Part shown: one piece after another, positions 47,146 through 56,539 of the stretch
How positions within the stretch are numbered: the first letter of the stretch is position 1
Layout: each line of letters opens with the position of its first letter
From: Polyangiales bacterium
GTDB lineage: Bacteria; Myxococcota_A; Polyangia; Polyangiales; Ga0077539
Length of the DNA: 64,000 nucleotides
NCBI GenBank assembly: GCA_044229975.1
Contig: JBGARZ010000015.1
Coordinates: 157,525-221,524 of the forward strand
Direction of reading: 5' to 3'
Notes under the pieces: model-generated
What the model was told of the DNA's origin: nothing
Seen by the model: the letters and a program-made list of their open reading frames with translations, nothing else
Database searches by the model: none
Made by a program: the position numbers and the translations under genes

Positions 47146-49105
47146 TCGGGTTGCGGGCGCCCGCTCGGGTCGCCCAACGCGCCTCACCGTGGCGCAGCGA
47201 CGGGGCGATGGTGACGTCCGCGGTCGTCGACCGCCACCGTCTGGCCCGCCGCCATGGCGGCCGCCACCCGCCGCCACCCTGCGAGGGATGGGAATGCCTG
47301 TAGCGATAGCGGATTCGCGACGGCACGGACGTCGCTCATGCGGTCGGCCTTCGGATGGCCGATGGCGGTGGACATGCTCACGTCGGCTCGCGCGACCCCG
47401 TTCGCGATGGGGTGGTCTACGGGCTCGCGCGTGATCACTTCGCTGTCTTCGCCGAGCGGATGTCAGAGGGCGGTCGCCCGCTGCCGCGGTATGTGACGGA
47501 GGAGTTCGAGGCGCTGCTGCGCTGCGGTGTGCTGGCGTGCGGGTTCATGCGGGCGCGCTGCGCGGGTTGCGGCCACGACCGGCTGGTGGCGTTTTCGTGC
47601 AAGCGCCGCGGGGTGTGTTCGAGCTGCGGGGGGCGACGGATGAGCGAGACAGCGGCGACGCAGTGCGACCGGGTGCTGCCTGCCGTGCCGTGGCGACAGT
47701 GGGTGCTCTCGTTGCCGTGGGCGCTGCGGTTGCCGGTGGCGCGCGACCCGTCGCTGCTCAACGCCGTGTCGCGGGTGTTCTTCGAGGAGGTGCGGGCGTG
47801 GCTGCGAGCGACGGTGGGGCCGGTGCCGGGCGCGCGGGTCGAGGTGGCCGCCGTGACGTACGTGCAGAGATTCGGTGGGAGTCTCAACCTCAACCCGCAC
47901 CTGCACATGCTGGTGGCCGACGGGGTGTTCGCGTGCCGGGAGGATGGGAGCTCGCCGGATTTCATGGCGGTACTCGCGCCGACGCGGGATGACCTACGCA
48001 GGGTCATCGCGCGGGTGATCGAGCGGCTCGAAACGATCGCGCTGCGGCGGGAGCGTCGCGCGGGTGACGGGAGCGGCACTGCAGACGAGGGCATGGAGGG
48101 GCTGCGGCAGGCAGCGGGCGGCCGCGGGACCTTCGCGCGCGTCGACGAGCGGGGGCGACGCGGGGGCGACGACGACGAGGAAGCAAGCGCACCCTCGCGG
48201 CAGGCGTCGAGTGGGCTGGTGGCGGAGGTCGACGGGTTCAACCTGCACGCGGGGGTGCGCGTGGTGGCGGACGATCGCGATGCGCTGGAGCGGCTGTGCC
48301 GGTACATGGCGCGCCCAGCGGTGGCGAGCGGCCGGGTGAGCGTGCTGCCCGATGGCAACGTGGCCTACCGGGTGAAGTCGCCGCGGAGCGCCAGGGCGAC
48401 GCACCGGGTGATGACGCCGATGGAGTTCATGGCGCGGCTGAGCGCGCTGGTGCCGCCGCCGCGGACGCCGTTGGTGCGCTACCACGGTGTGCTGGCGCCG
48501 AACTCTCCCTGGCGCGTCGCGGTGGTGCCGTTGCCGCCCCTGGTGCAGGGGTGCCCTCGTGTAGTGGCAGCGGCGCCGCCGCCGGGGCCGGTGCTAGGAG
48601 AAGCGAAGGCCGGGACGCCCGGGGGAGAGCTGCCGAACGACCGCGTCGGGGGACGAGATGGCGAGAGCCTGCGGAGCGCGCGCATCGAGTGGGCGCGGCT
48701 GCTGTGGCGCGTGTGGGGCGTCGACGCGCTGGCGTGCCCTGGGTGCGGCGGGCGGATGAAGATGATCGCCGCGCTCACCGAGCGGGCGGGGATCGTACGC
48801 GTGCTGGAGCACCTCGGCGTCTCCACCGAAGTGCCGAGGATGAGACGCTCGCGCGACGGGCCGTAGGCGGGCGCGGCGAGGAGGGGGAGCCGTTGACCGC
48901 CACGGGCGGGACGAGGAAGGCCGCGGTGCGCCCCGGTGACGGGCGGTGGTGGCGGTGGGATGTTGGATTCGCTCAGCGAGCTCTCCAACGAGCGCGCGTA
49001 GAGCTCCCGCTGCACGTCACGGAGAGGGGTACTTCGCGGTCTGGGCATTCGGTCAACCCGAGCGAATCCGTGCCGATGATGGTGCCCCGTTGGTTCGCCT
49101 ATCGG
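47146..49105 (+). mobile_element. IS91/ISCR-like rolling-circle element (boundaries approximate)
   Basis: Contains the HUH transposase; downstream end CCCGTTGGTTCGCCTATC resembles ISCR oriIS ends; no terminal IRs or target-site duplication seen. Confidence 0.65.
47355..48866 (+). CDS. IS91-family transposase
   Basis: Zn-binding CAGC...SCKRRGVCSSC, RQWVLSLP, QRFGGSLNLNPHLH (HUH), GFNLHA, RLCRYMARP, RYHGVLAP, CPGCGGRM; start uncertain. Confidence 0.92.
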   Translation: MADGGGHAHVGSRDPVRDGVVYGLARDHFAVFAERMSEGGRPLPRYVTEEFEALLRCGVLACGFMRARCAGCGHDRLVAFSCKRRGVCSSCGGRRMSETAATQCDRVLPAVPWRQWVLSLPWALRLPVARDPSLLNAVSRVFFEEVRAWLRATVGPVPGARVEVAAVTYVQRFGGSLNLNPHLHMLVADGVFACREDGSSPDFMAVLAPTRDDLRRVIARVIERLETIALRRERRAGDGSGTADEGMEGLRQAAGGRGTFARVDERGRRGGDDDEEASAPSRQASSGLVAEVDGFNLHAGVRVVADDRDALERLCRYMARPAVASGRVSVLPDGNVAYRVKSPRSARATHRVMTPMEFMARLSALVPPPRTPLVRYHGVLAPNSPWRVAVVPLPPLVQGCPRVVAAAPPPGPVLGEAKAGTPGGELPNDRVGGRDGESLRSARIEWARLLWRVWGVDALACPGCGGRMKMIAALTERAGIVRVLEHLGVSTEVPRMRRSRDGP

Positions 49106-49137
49106 CCCGTTGGTGCGCGCGACGGGTGCAGTGGTGG

Positions 49138-49562
49138 CGACGCCGACGGTTGTGCCGACCGCGATCGAGCCGCGGGTGGTCGTGGTGCCGCCGGTGGTGG
49201 CGCCAACGCCGGCAGCGGGGACCAACGTGACGCGTGTGCTGGGCTGGGTGTCGCTGGGCTTCGCGGTGGCCGCAGCGGGTGGTGGCGTGGCGGCGATGGT
49301 GGTGCGCGACGGCGCGGGCGAGCGGTGAAACGACGACGCGCGCAGCCTCACGGGCGGACGAACGCGCGAGCAGAACTGCGGCGACGACCGGGCGCTGGTG
49401 TCGACGGCGCACGACCTGATGGTGGGAGCCTACGTGGCGGGCGGGGTGCTCGCGGTGGGGGCGGCGGTGTTGTTCATCGCGGCGCCGTCGTCGCGTGAGA
49501 GCGCGCAGCGGGTGAGCGTCGGCATCGGGCCGGGCGGCGTGTCGGTGAGCGGTCGGTTCTGA
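49138..49562 (+). pseudogene. Degenerate duplicate of the 3' part of the PEGA gene (about 46730-47145)
   Basis: Near-identical sequence (GTNVTRVLGWVSLG...SVSGRF) with TGG>TGA nonsense at 49326-49328. Confidence 0.85.
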
Positions 49563-49597
49563 TCGGGTTGCGGGTGCCCGCTCGGGTCGCCCAACGC

Positions 49598-49714
49598 GCT
49601 CACGTCGGCTCGCGCGACCCCGTTCGCGATGAGGTGCTCAACGCACTCGTATGCGATCACGTTGCGGCCTTCGCCGAGCGCATGTCGGAGGGTGGTCGGT
49701 CGCTGCCGCGGTAG
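49598..49714 (+). pseudogene. Diverged remnant of the IS91 transposase 5' end
   Basis: Colinear with 47376-47492 (GCTCACGTCGGCTCGCGCGACCCCGTTCGCGATG...), ending in TAT>TAG. Confidence 0.75.
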
Positions 49715-49852
49715 GTAAGGACGCTGATGGCGTTGATGGCGCGGCTCTCCGGGGGGGGCTGAGCTTGTTCTTGTCGGAGCCGGGGTGAGGGTCACCGGCG
49801 TCGGGCCCAGTGCAGTGACCCGGTCACGCCGTGTGATAGGTTCCCCAGGCTC

Positions 49853-50656
49853 ATGGCCCTCCCGTTGACCAAAGCCCAGCAGATCTGGAACGAGGCCGCG
49901 TCCCGTTTGACCGACGACGGGGAGGCCATCGACCCGTTCACGCTCCGTCGGTGGTTGAGGGACGCCAACCTCGCGCTCCCGAATGCTCCGAACGATGCGG
50001 AGCAGGGTGTCCTGTGGTGGATCATCGGGCAGACGCATCAACGGTTCGCATTTGCGCTGCGCGACCCCTCTCATCTTGTTCTGGCCCGCGACGCGCTGCT
50101 TCGTACCGTCGCCCTCCGGCCCGACGATGCAGACGCGCTCGTGACCCTCGGCTCAGTCCTCGGGTTCTTGAAAGACCTGCCGAACGCGCTCGCTTGCTTC
50201 AGGAAGGCAGAGATCCAGTTCCCGGAGGGGTCAACGGGACGCGCGATCGCCGTACTCAACCAGGCGGCCGCACATTGGGAGCTCGGGGAGCCCGGCCCTG
50301 CCAACGCCCTCCTGCGTCGCGCGGCGGGCTTCGTTCGCAGCGATGATGCGCACGCGCTTCTTCGTTTGGCGCACGTCACCGCGCTCGTGGGGCACGAAGA
50401 CGATGCGGTGGAGGTGTTGGCGCAATACGTGGCCGCGCGGCTCGGGTTTGATCGCGGTGATGACGAGGCGTTGGAAGTGATCGCCCGTGCACCGGAAGCC
50501 GTCGAGCACCCGCTCCGTAGCGAGTCCCTCAGTCGCGCGCTGCACAACGTGATCAAGCGCTACGAGGAGCCCGTCCCGGACGACATGGCGACCCCGGCCC
50601 TGCGAACGCTTTCTTCGCAGGGCTGGGAGGCGTTCATGAAGTTGGTGGAGGCGTAG
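49853..50656 (+). CDS. TPR-repeat protein with DUF1778/TacA-like C-terminal peptide
   Basis: TPR motifs (ALRPDDADALVTLGSVL, NALACFRKA); ends LRTLSSQGWEAFMKLVEA. Confidence 0.7.
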   Translation: MALPLTKAQQIWNEAASRLTDDGEAIDPFTLRRWLRDANLALPNAPNDAEQGVLWWIIGQTHQRFAFALRDPSHLVLARDALLRTVALRPDDADALVTLGSVLGFLKDLPNALACFRKAEIQFPEGSTGRAIAVLNQAAAHWELGEPGPANALLRRAAGFVRSDDAHALLRLAHVTALVGHEDDAVEVLAQYVAARLGFDRGDDEALEVIARAPEAVEHPLRSESLSRALHNVIKRYEEPVPDDMATPALRTLSSQGWEAFMKLVEA

Positions 50657-50657
50657 G

Positions 50658-51188
50658 GTGGCCATCGAGGTTCGTCGGCTGACTCATCGTGACTCCATCG
50701 GCGACTTCGGCTGCGGGACACCGAAGCTCGACGCTTTTCTCAAGCAGGTCGCACGCACCAATGTGAAGCGCGAGTGGAGCGTCACCTGGTTGGCAGTGGA
50801 CGAGGGGCGGGTCGCGGGCTTCGTCACCATCGTTCCTGGTGGCCTCCAGGTGGCAGACCCCAAGGTCTTCGACCCGCGTCTCCCGGACCACTACCCGGTC
50901 CCCGTGCTCGTCCTTGCGCGGCTGGGCACCGACGAGAGGTTCAAGCTCCAGGGGGTGGGGGCGCGCCTGATGCTGCAGGTTTTCCGTGCGGCCGATACCC
51001 TGGCGGGGCTGGCCGGCTGCGTGGGTGTGTTCACTGACGCGAAGCCCGGCTCGGTAGTCTTCTACGAGAAGTTCAAGTTCAAGACCGTGGACGCGCCGAA
51101 GAGTGAGGGCGATACCGCCGCGATGTTCCTGCCGTTGGCGGAGGTGCGGAAGCAGCTCGCAGTCCTCGACGCGAAGTCATGGGCGTAG
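50658..51188 (+). CDS. GNAT N-acetyltransferase, TacT/AtaT-like toxin
   Basis: DFGCGTPKLDAFLK, YPVPVLVLARLGTD, QGVGARL, DAK...FYEKFKF; starts 1 nt after the upstream stop. Confidence 0.82.
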   Translation: MAIEVRRLTHRDSIGDFGCGTPKLDAFLKQVARTNVKREWSVTWLAVDEGRVAGFVTIVPGGLQVADPKVFDPRLPDHYPVPVLVLARLGTDERFKLQGVGARLMLQVFRAADTLAGLAGCVGVFTDAKPGSVVFYEKFKFKTVDAPKSEGDTAAMFLPLAEVRKQLAVLDAKSWA

Positions 51189-51410
51189 CCCCGAGGCTGC
51201 GCGTTCTCAGCATCAGTCGCCGCCGCGCCCCCTCGCTACGTCAATCCCGTCTCGCCATTGGGAGGCGTTGACCGACGACGAGTGGCGCTGGCCGACGCGC
51301 TCGACCTCACCGAACTCGACTTCGACGCGATCGATGACCGCCTCGTGGCCGACGTGCTTGCGACGCCCGGCGTCGAAGCACTGGACGTCTCGTCGGCCCC
51401 TGGTGGGTGA

Positions 51411-53201
51411 TCAGGTCTGGATGACGAAGTAGAAGCCGGCGTCGAGGTCGCTGCGGCCGTTGCCGGTGTGCGTGAAGATCTGCGTCGAGCCGGTCTCCGG
51501 GTCGAAGTCGTTGTCGGTCGCGTCGTTGCCACCCGCGTCGGGCGACGAGAGGATGTAGCTGAACGGCGGGATCACCTCGATGTAGTAGTCGCCCGCCGGG
51601 ACGTTGCTGAACCAGTACTGCCCCGAGCTGGCGCTGACGGCCACGCTGACGAGGGCGCCGCTCGACGTGCGGAGGATGAACGTGGCGCCGCCCAGGCCGG
51701 CCTCGCCCGGGTCCTGGATGCCGTCGCGGTCACGGTCGTTCCAGGCGCGGTCGCCGATGCAGCCCTCGTCGACGAGCCCGTCGCAGTCGTTGTCGAGGCC
51801 GTCGCCACATGCCTCGGCGCTCGGCACCACCGAGCCCACGCACGCGCCGTAGCCCGTCCCGCTGGCGTTGCACGTCTGGGAGCCCGCCCGGCAGACGCCC
51901 ACGCCCGCGGTGCCGGGCGCCCCGGTGTAGCAGGAGGAGGTCGCCGCAGGCGCGCACACGCAGCCCTCGTCGGCGACCGCGTCGCAGTCGTTGTCGAGCC
52001 CGTCGCCGCAGACCTCCACCCCGGGCAGCACCTCGCCCGCGCACTGGCCGTAGCCCGAGCCGTCGGCGAGGCACACGCGCGAGCCCGAGCGGCACGTGCC
52101 GATGTCCTCCGTGCTCGGCGGTCCCGAGTAGCACCCCGAGGTCGAGCCCGGCAGGCAGACGCAGTTCTCGTCGGCCGCGCCGTCGCAGTCGTTGTCGAGC
52201 GTGTCGCCGCAGACCTCCGCCGACGGGGTCACCGCGCCCACGCACGCGCCGTACGCGGTGCCGGTCGCGTTGCAGAGCCGGGTGCCCGCCGCGCAGACGC
52301 CCACGCCGTCGGTCCCGGCGGGGCCCTCGTAGCAGGACGCCGCAGCGTCGGGCGCGCACACGCAGCCGTCGTCGACGACGCCGTCGCAGTCGTCGTCGAC
52401 CGCGTTGCCGCACACCTCCGCGGTCGGCGTCACCGCCCCCGCGCACGCGCCGTAGCCCCTGCCGTCGGCGTCGCACGTCTGGATCCCGGCGCGGCACGCC
52501 CCGACCCCTCCGGTGCCGCTCGGCCCGTCGTAGCAGGACGTCGTCGAGCCGCCGACGCACACGCAGCCCTCGTCGACCTGGCCGTCGCAGTCGGTGTCGA
52601 GCCCGTCGCCGCAGACCTCCGCCGCCGGGGTGACCGCGCCCGCGCAGGCGCCGTACGAGGTGCCGTCGGCCGCGCAGGTCCTCGTGCCGGCGACGCAGGT
52701 GCCGACGCCGTCGGTGCCCGTGGGGCCGTCGTAGCAGGACGCCGTCGAGCCGCCGACGCACACGCAACCCTCGTCGACCGCGCCGTCACAGTCGTCGTCG
52801 ACCGCGTTGCCGCAGACCTCGGCCGACGGCGCCACGGCGCCAGAGCACGCGCCGTAGCCCGTGCCCCAGGCGTTGCACGTCTGGCTCCCGGCCCGGCACG
52901 CGCCGACCCCTTGCGTACCCGCGGGCCCGGCGTAGCACGGCACCACGGCGCTCGGCGCGCACACCACCGGGGCGCACTCCCCGCGGTAGTCGCCGTGCCC
53001 GAGGTGCGCGCTCTCGGCCGACGCGTTCACCTCGATGGTGTGCGCGTTGGACGGGTTGCCCGGCGGCACGTGACAGATCCGGACCTTGGCCCCGGACGCG
53101 GCCTGCACGGCGGTGAGCACCGCCTCTTCGGGGCCATCTCCCCCACAGCCCGAGCACGCGACGAGCGCGGACCAACCCACGACGAGAATCGACTTGCGCA
53201 T
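51411..53201 (-). CDS. Secreted Cys-rich repeat protein with C-terminal SdrD B-like domain
   Basis: Signal/lipobox; KVRICHVPPGNPSN..HLGHGD..G.C module; six ~67-aa repeats CYxGPxGT.GVG.C..G...C...YG.C.G...EVCG...D.DCDG..DE.C; IGDRAWNDRDRDGIQDPGE...DLDAGF. Confidence 0.88.
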   Translation of the reverse strand: MRKSILVVGWSALVACSGCGGDGPEEAVLTAVQAASGAKVRICHVPPGNPSNAHTIEVNASAESAHLGHGDYRGECAPVVCAPSAVVPCYAGPAGTQGVGACRAGSQTCNAWGTGYGACSGAVAPSAEVCGNAVDDDCDGAVDEGCVCVGGSTASCYDGPTGTDGVGTCVAGTRTCAADGTSYGACAGAVTPAAEVCGDGLDTDCDGQVDEGCVCVGGSTTSCYDGPSGTGGVGACRAGIQTCDADGRGYGACAGAVTPTAEVCGNAVDDDCDGVVDDGCVCAPDAAASCYEGPAGTDGVGVCAAGTRLCNATGTAYGACVGAVTPSAEVCGDTLDNDCDGAADENCVCLPGSTSGCYSGPPSTEDIGTCRSGSRVCLADGSGYGQCAGEVLPGVEVCGDGLDNDCDAVADEGCVCAPAATSSCYTGAPGTAGVGVCRAGSQTCNASGTGYGACVGSVVPSAEACGDGLDNDCDGLVDEGCIGDRAWNDRDRDGIQDPGEAGLGGATFILRTSSGALVSVAVSASSGQYWFSNVPAGDYYIEVIPPFSYILSSPDAGGNDATDNDFDPETGSTQIFTHTGNGRSDLDAGFYFVIQT

Positions 53202-53450
53202 CGAGACACCACCCTCTCCGACGGCCGCATGACGCGACCGCACTCGACGATCCAGTGCGCCGTGTACGACGGCCTTCCGCGGCGTGTCGAGGGCGCACGA
53301 GCGCTTCTCCGCAGCGTCGTCGGTGTCACTGCTCGGGCATGGAAATACGTCCAACAACGGCGGTCACACGTCGCGGGAATGAGTCGTCGTCGGGGCGCGG
53401 CGGCGCGAGCTCACGGTGGCTCGCGTGACCCCGCGGGCGGCCTGCGGCCA

Positions 53451-53597
53451 TCACGCACCGCGCGGATCGACGACGCGGCCCATGAAGAGCACCGCGCCCG
53501 TGGTGAGGTCGCGAATCACGAAGAGGAAGGGGTGGTCGACGACGAAGCGCGTCGGCTGGCGGTCGTCGATTCCGCGCGTGACGTGCAGAGCATCCAC
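53451..53597 (-). pseudogene. Orphan serpin C-terminal fragment
   Basis: FVVDHPFLFVIRDLTTGAVLFMGRVVDP matches the serpin C-terminal signature; no serpin body upstream. Confidence 0.75.
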
Positions 53598-53626
53598 GCG
53601 ACGCGCTCTCGACCGTGATGCGCTCT

Positions 53627-54313
53627 CTACGGCGCGGCGCTGCAGCGATTCGTGCCGAGTGTCTCGCACTGCACGACGTCGCTGCCGCACGCCGTCCCGA
53701 GTCCGGGGATGAGGCTGCAGCTCGCGCTCTCGGTGCAGTACGACTCGATGCCGGAGATGAGGGAGACCCCGCCCATCGTCGTGTCGCCCGAGGTCATGAG
53801 CCCCGACCACGACACGATCGGCATGGGCACCGAGCACTGGTAGCGACGGGCGCCGCCCTCGGTCTCCATCATCACGTCGAGCTGGCAGTTGCGACCGCTG
53901 CGCCCGCGTACGCGGATGGTGCCGGACCCTTGGCCCCAGTAGTAGCCGCCCGCGACGTTGTCGCAGCGAAGCACGCCCTCGACGAAGCGACGAGCTTCGG
54001 GGTGCATGGGGTCGCAGACGCAGGGGTGGTCGAAGCAGCCGATGCGCGTCGTCGACGCCAACGAGTAGGTCGCGTCGTCGAAGCCCACCGGTTCGAGGCG
54101 GGACTGCGCCGGGTCGCAGCGCGAGATGAGGGTGGTCGCGTCGCTCGTCGGGACATCGCCGTCGGGGTGTGTCGCGGCGTCTGGCACACCGCTGTCGGTC
54201 GGGACCGTCGCGTCCTGGGGCGCTGGGTTCACCGCCGGCGTGTCGGCGCAGCCGATGGCGAAGGAGGTCGAGACGAGGAGAAGGAAGGAAGCCCGCGGGA
54301 GAAGGTGTTTCAT
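53627..54313 (-). CDS. Cys-rich hypothetical lipoprotein
   Basis: Lipobox FAIGC; D/A/T-rich linker; multiple Cys. Confidence 0.65.
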   Translation of the reverse strand: MKHLLPRASFLLLVSTSFAIGCADTPAVNPAPQDATVPTDSGVPDAATHPDGDVPTSDATTLISRCDPAQSRLEPVGFDDATYSLASTTRIGCFDHPCVCDPMHPEARRFVEGVLRCDNVAGGYYWGQGSGTIRVRGRSGRNCQLDVMMETEGGARRYQCSVPMPIVSWSGLMTSGDTTMGGVSLISGIESYCTESASCSLIPGLGTACGSDVVQCETLGTNRCSAAP

Positions 54314-54441
54314 GACGACGGTCCATCGCAGCCCGTGTGCCAGGGGCGCGAGCCCGGCGCGGCGCACATGGCGTCGATCACGTCGGCGAGGCCGTGGTGG
54401 AGTCCGGACCAACATCGATCAACCGCCGGTCGTTGACCGGA

Positions 54442-54549
54442 GCCTGACCGTTGCGCGCCGCGCTGGCGCCGCGGCGTGGGCCCCGGCAACTGCGGGCCTG
54501 ACCGTTGCGCGCCTTGCCGACGCTGCGGTGCGGCCCACGGTGACTGCGG
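54442..54549. repeat. Degenerate 54-bp tandem repeat (2 copies) in a divergent intergenic region
   Basis: GCCTGACCGTTGCGCGCC at 54442 and 54496; both units end ACTGCGG. Confidence 0.6.
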
Positions 54550-54638
54550 GCGTGGTGGCCCCGCGTCGCCGCTCCGAACGTCAGGGGTCGACGGAGTCCC
54601 GTTGCGCCCCGCGGCGCGTGCTGTTACCCGATCCGTTG

Positions 54639-55367
54639 ATGGCAACCTCATGGACGCTCGTGGTCGCAGCTCCGCTCGCTCGCGTGGCCGCCTCGGTCGA
54701 ACCCCTCGCCACGAAGCCAGCGCTCTCCGCGCTCGGCGACGCCGGCACCGTGGCCCGCTTCGAGTCCGACGCGGCCTCCACGGGCGCGCTCGCGTTCGAG
54801 CTGCGCGGGCTGCTCGGCCCGATCGTCGACGAGGTGGGCCCCGAGGGCCTGCGCGTCGTCGACTCGGCCGACGGCATCGCCGACCTCGACGCCGCCCGCA
54901 CGGCGCCCGGGAGCTGGATCGTTCCTCCGGCCGTCGCCTCCTTCGCCGCCGCGGCCGCGATGTTCGGCGCCGCGCGTCACGAGGGCGCGCCCCTGAAGGA
55001 CGCCGACGATCTCGCCGCGAAGGTCACCGCGGCCATCGACGCCCGCGATGACGAGACCCATCTCGAAAACAAGCTCCGCGCCTCGCGCGGTATGTCCGAG
55101 TGGGAGGCCGCCTTCGGCGTGAAGCCCTCGCCCGACGCGGGCGGCGCCGTCGACTTCGGCCCGCGCGTCGGCAACGGCGCCTCGACGAAGGAGCGCGACG
55201 CGATGCGCGACGCCCTGCGCGCCGAGCAACCCGCGAAGCCTGCCGAGCCCGCTCCGTTGGAGAAGAGCGCGAAGCGCAAGGAGCTCGAAGACCTCGTGCG
55301 CCGCGGATCGTCCGACCCCGACGACGGCGGGTCAGCGCCCCCTGAAGGGAACGTCGGGCAGTCGTAG
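54639..55367 (+). CDS. Hypothetical protein
   Basis: High GC3 ORF; overlaps the convergent protease 3' end. Confidence 0.6.
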   Translation: MATSWTLVVAAPLARVAASVEPLATKPALSALGDAGTVARFESDAASTGALAFELRGLLGPIVDEVGPEGLRVVDSADGIADLDAARTAPGSWIVPPAVASFAAAAAMFGAARHEGAPLKDADDLAAKVTAAIDARDDETHLENKLRASRGMSEWEAAFGVKPSPDAGGAVDFGPRVGNGASTKERDAMRDALRAEQPAKPAEPAPLEKSAKRKELEDLVRRGSSDPDDGGSAPPEGNVGQS

Positions 55368-56453
55368 CGCCGGCCCCCACTCCGACTGCGCCGCACTCTG
55401 CGGTGACTGCGGCTGCGACGGTGAGGCGGGCGCGCCGTGGCCGAGAGCTTCGTAGCAGAGCGCCGTCCAGCGGGGCACCCACGCGAGGGCCGCGGCGCGC
55501 ACCTGGTCGAGCGCGAAGAACACCTGCGCCGGGTCGAGCTGATCGGTCGACCGCCGCGCGATGATCTGGAGCTGACCGTCGCGCAGCCCCAGCGTGGCGC
55601 CGCGCAGCTCGCCGCTCCCGTTGGCCTCCAGCAGCCGCCGCAACAGCGACGCGCTCGCGGCCTCTGACGGGCCCATCCCGCCGACGGCGCAGCTCACGGT
55701 GAGCGCGGCGTCGCTCCACTGCACACGCACGGTGCCGCCGTCGGTGCGCAGCGAGAGGTCGGCGGGTTTGGTCGCGTCTTCGCGCACGGTGCCGAGGCCG
55801 CGCACCACGAAGGTGTCGATGCCGCCGTGCACGCGGTCGTCGACGGAGCCCGTCCCTTCGGCGGGGAGCAGGTCGCGCGCCGGGCGGATCACCCCGCGCC
55901 GCAACAGTCGTCGCACGTTGCGAACGTAGTCCGCCGCCGCGTAGGAGGGCACCGCGAAGCCGAGGCCCTGCGAGTGCGAGAGCATGGCGCTGACCACCCC
56001 GACGAGGCGGCCGCTCGCGTCGAGCAGGGGACCGCCGCTGTTGCCGGGGTTGATGCCCGCGTCGGTCTGCACGAACACGTCACGGTCGACGGTCTGGTGG
56101 GGGTTGGAGACGATGCCGCGGGCGACGGAGTTGCGGCAGCCGCGCGGGTGCCCGAGGGCCCACACCTCGGTGCCGACGCCGTAGTCGTCGGTGACGTCGC
56201 GGTCGAGGTCGAAGTGCTCGGGCGAGTCGGCCGCCACGCTCACGACGGCGAGGTCGTGGTGGGGCGACTGGTGCAGCCCCACGCCGCGGAGGTTGCGCCC
56301 CCCGGCCAGCACCACGCGAAACGGACCCGCCGACGGGGCGACGTGCCGGTTGGTCAGGATGAGCCCGTCGGGCCCCACGAAGAAGCCGGTGCCGAGGCCC
56401 TGCTCGTCCTCGATCAGCACCACCTGCGCGCCGCGCGCGAGCACCTGATCCAT
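55332..56453 (-). CDS. Trypsin-like (S1) serine protease with C-terminal YbjN/type-III-chaperone-like domain
   Basis: GTGFFV, LTNRHV, DLAVV, QTDAGINPGNSGGPL; C-terminal LLRRLLEANG...GL.DG. Confidence 0.85.
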   Translation of the reverse strand: MDQVLARGAQVVLIEDEQGLGTGFFVGPDGLILTNRHVAPSAGPFRVVLAGGRNLRGVGLHQSPHHDLAVVSVAADSPEHFDLDRDVTDDYGVGTEVWALGHPRGCRNSVARGIVSNPHQTVDRDVFVQTDAGINPGNSGGPLLDASGRLVGVVSAMLSHSQGLGFAVPSYAAADYVRNVRRLLRRGVIRPARDLLPAEGTGSVDDRVHGGIDTFVVRGLGTVREDATKPADLSLRTDGGTVRVQWSDAALTVSCAVGGMGPSEAASASLLRRLLEANGSGELRGATLGLRDGQLQIIARRSTDQLDPAQVFFALDQVRAAALAWVPRWTALCYEALGHGAPASPSQPQSPQSAAQSEWGPALRLPDVPFRGR

Positions 56454-56539
56454 GCGCTTGTGATCTCCTCCCTTCGTCGCATACCATCTTTCCGACGACC
56501 CGCGCTCCGCTCGCGAAGGTCGTGGAGGAAAGGGATTCC

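Noticed and set aside
51240..51410. Coding-like acidic stretch (...LADALDLTELDFDAIDDRLVADVLATPG) after the GNAT gene
   Set aside because: No clear start or recognisable family; possibly a remnant, too weak to call.
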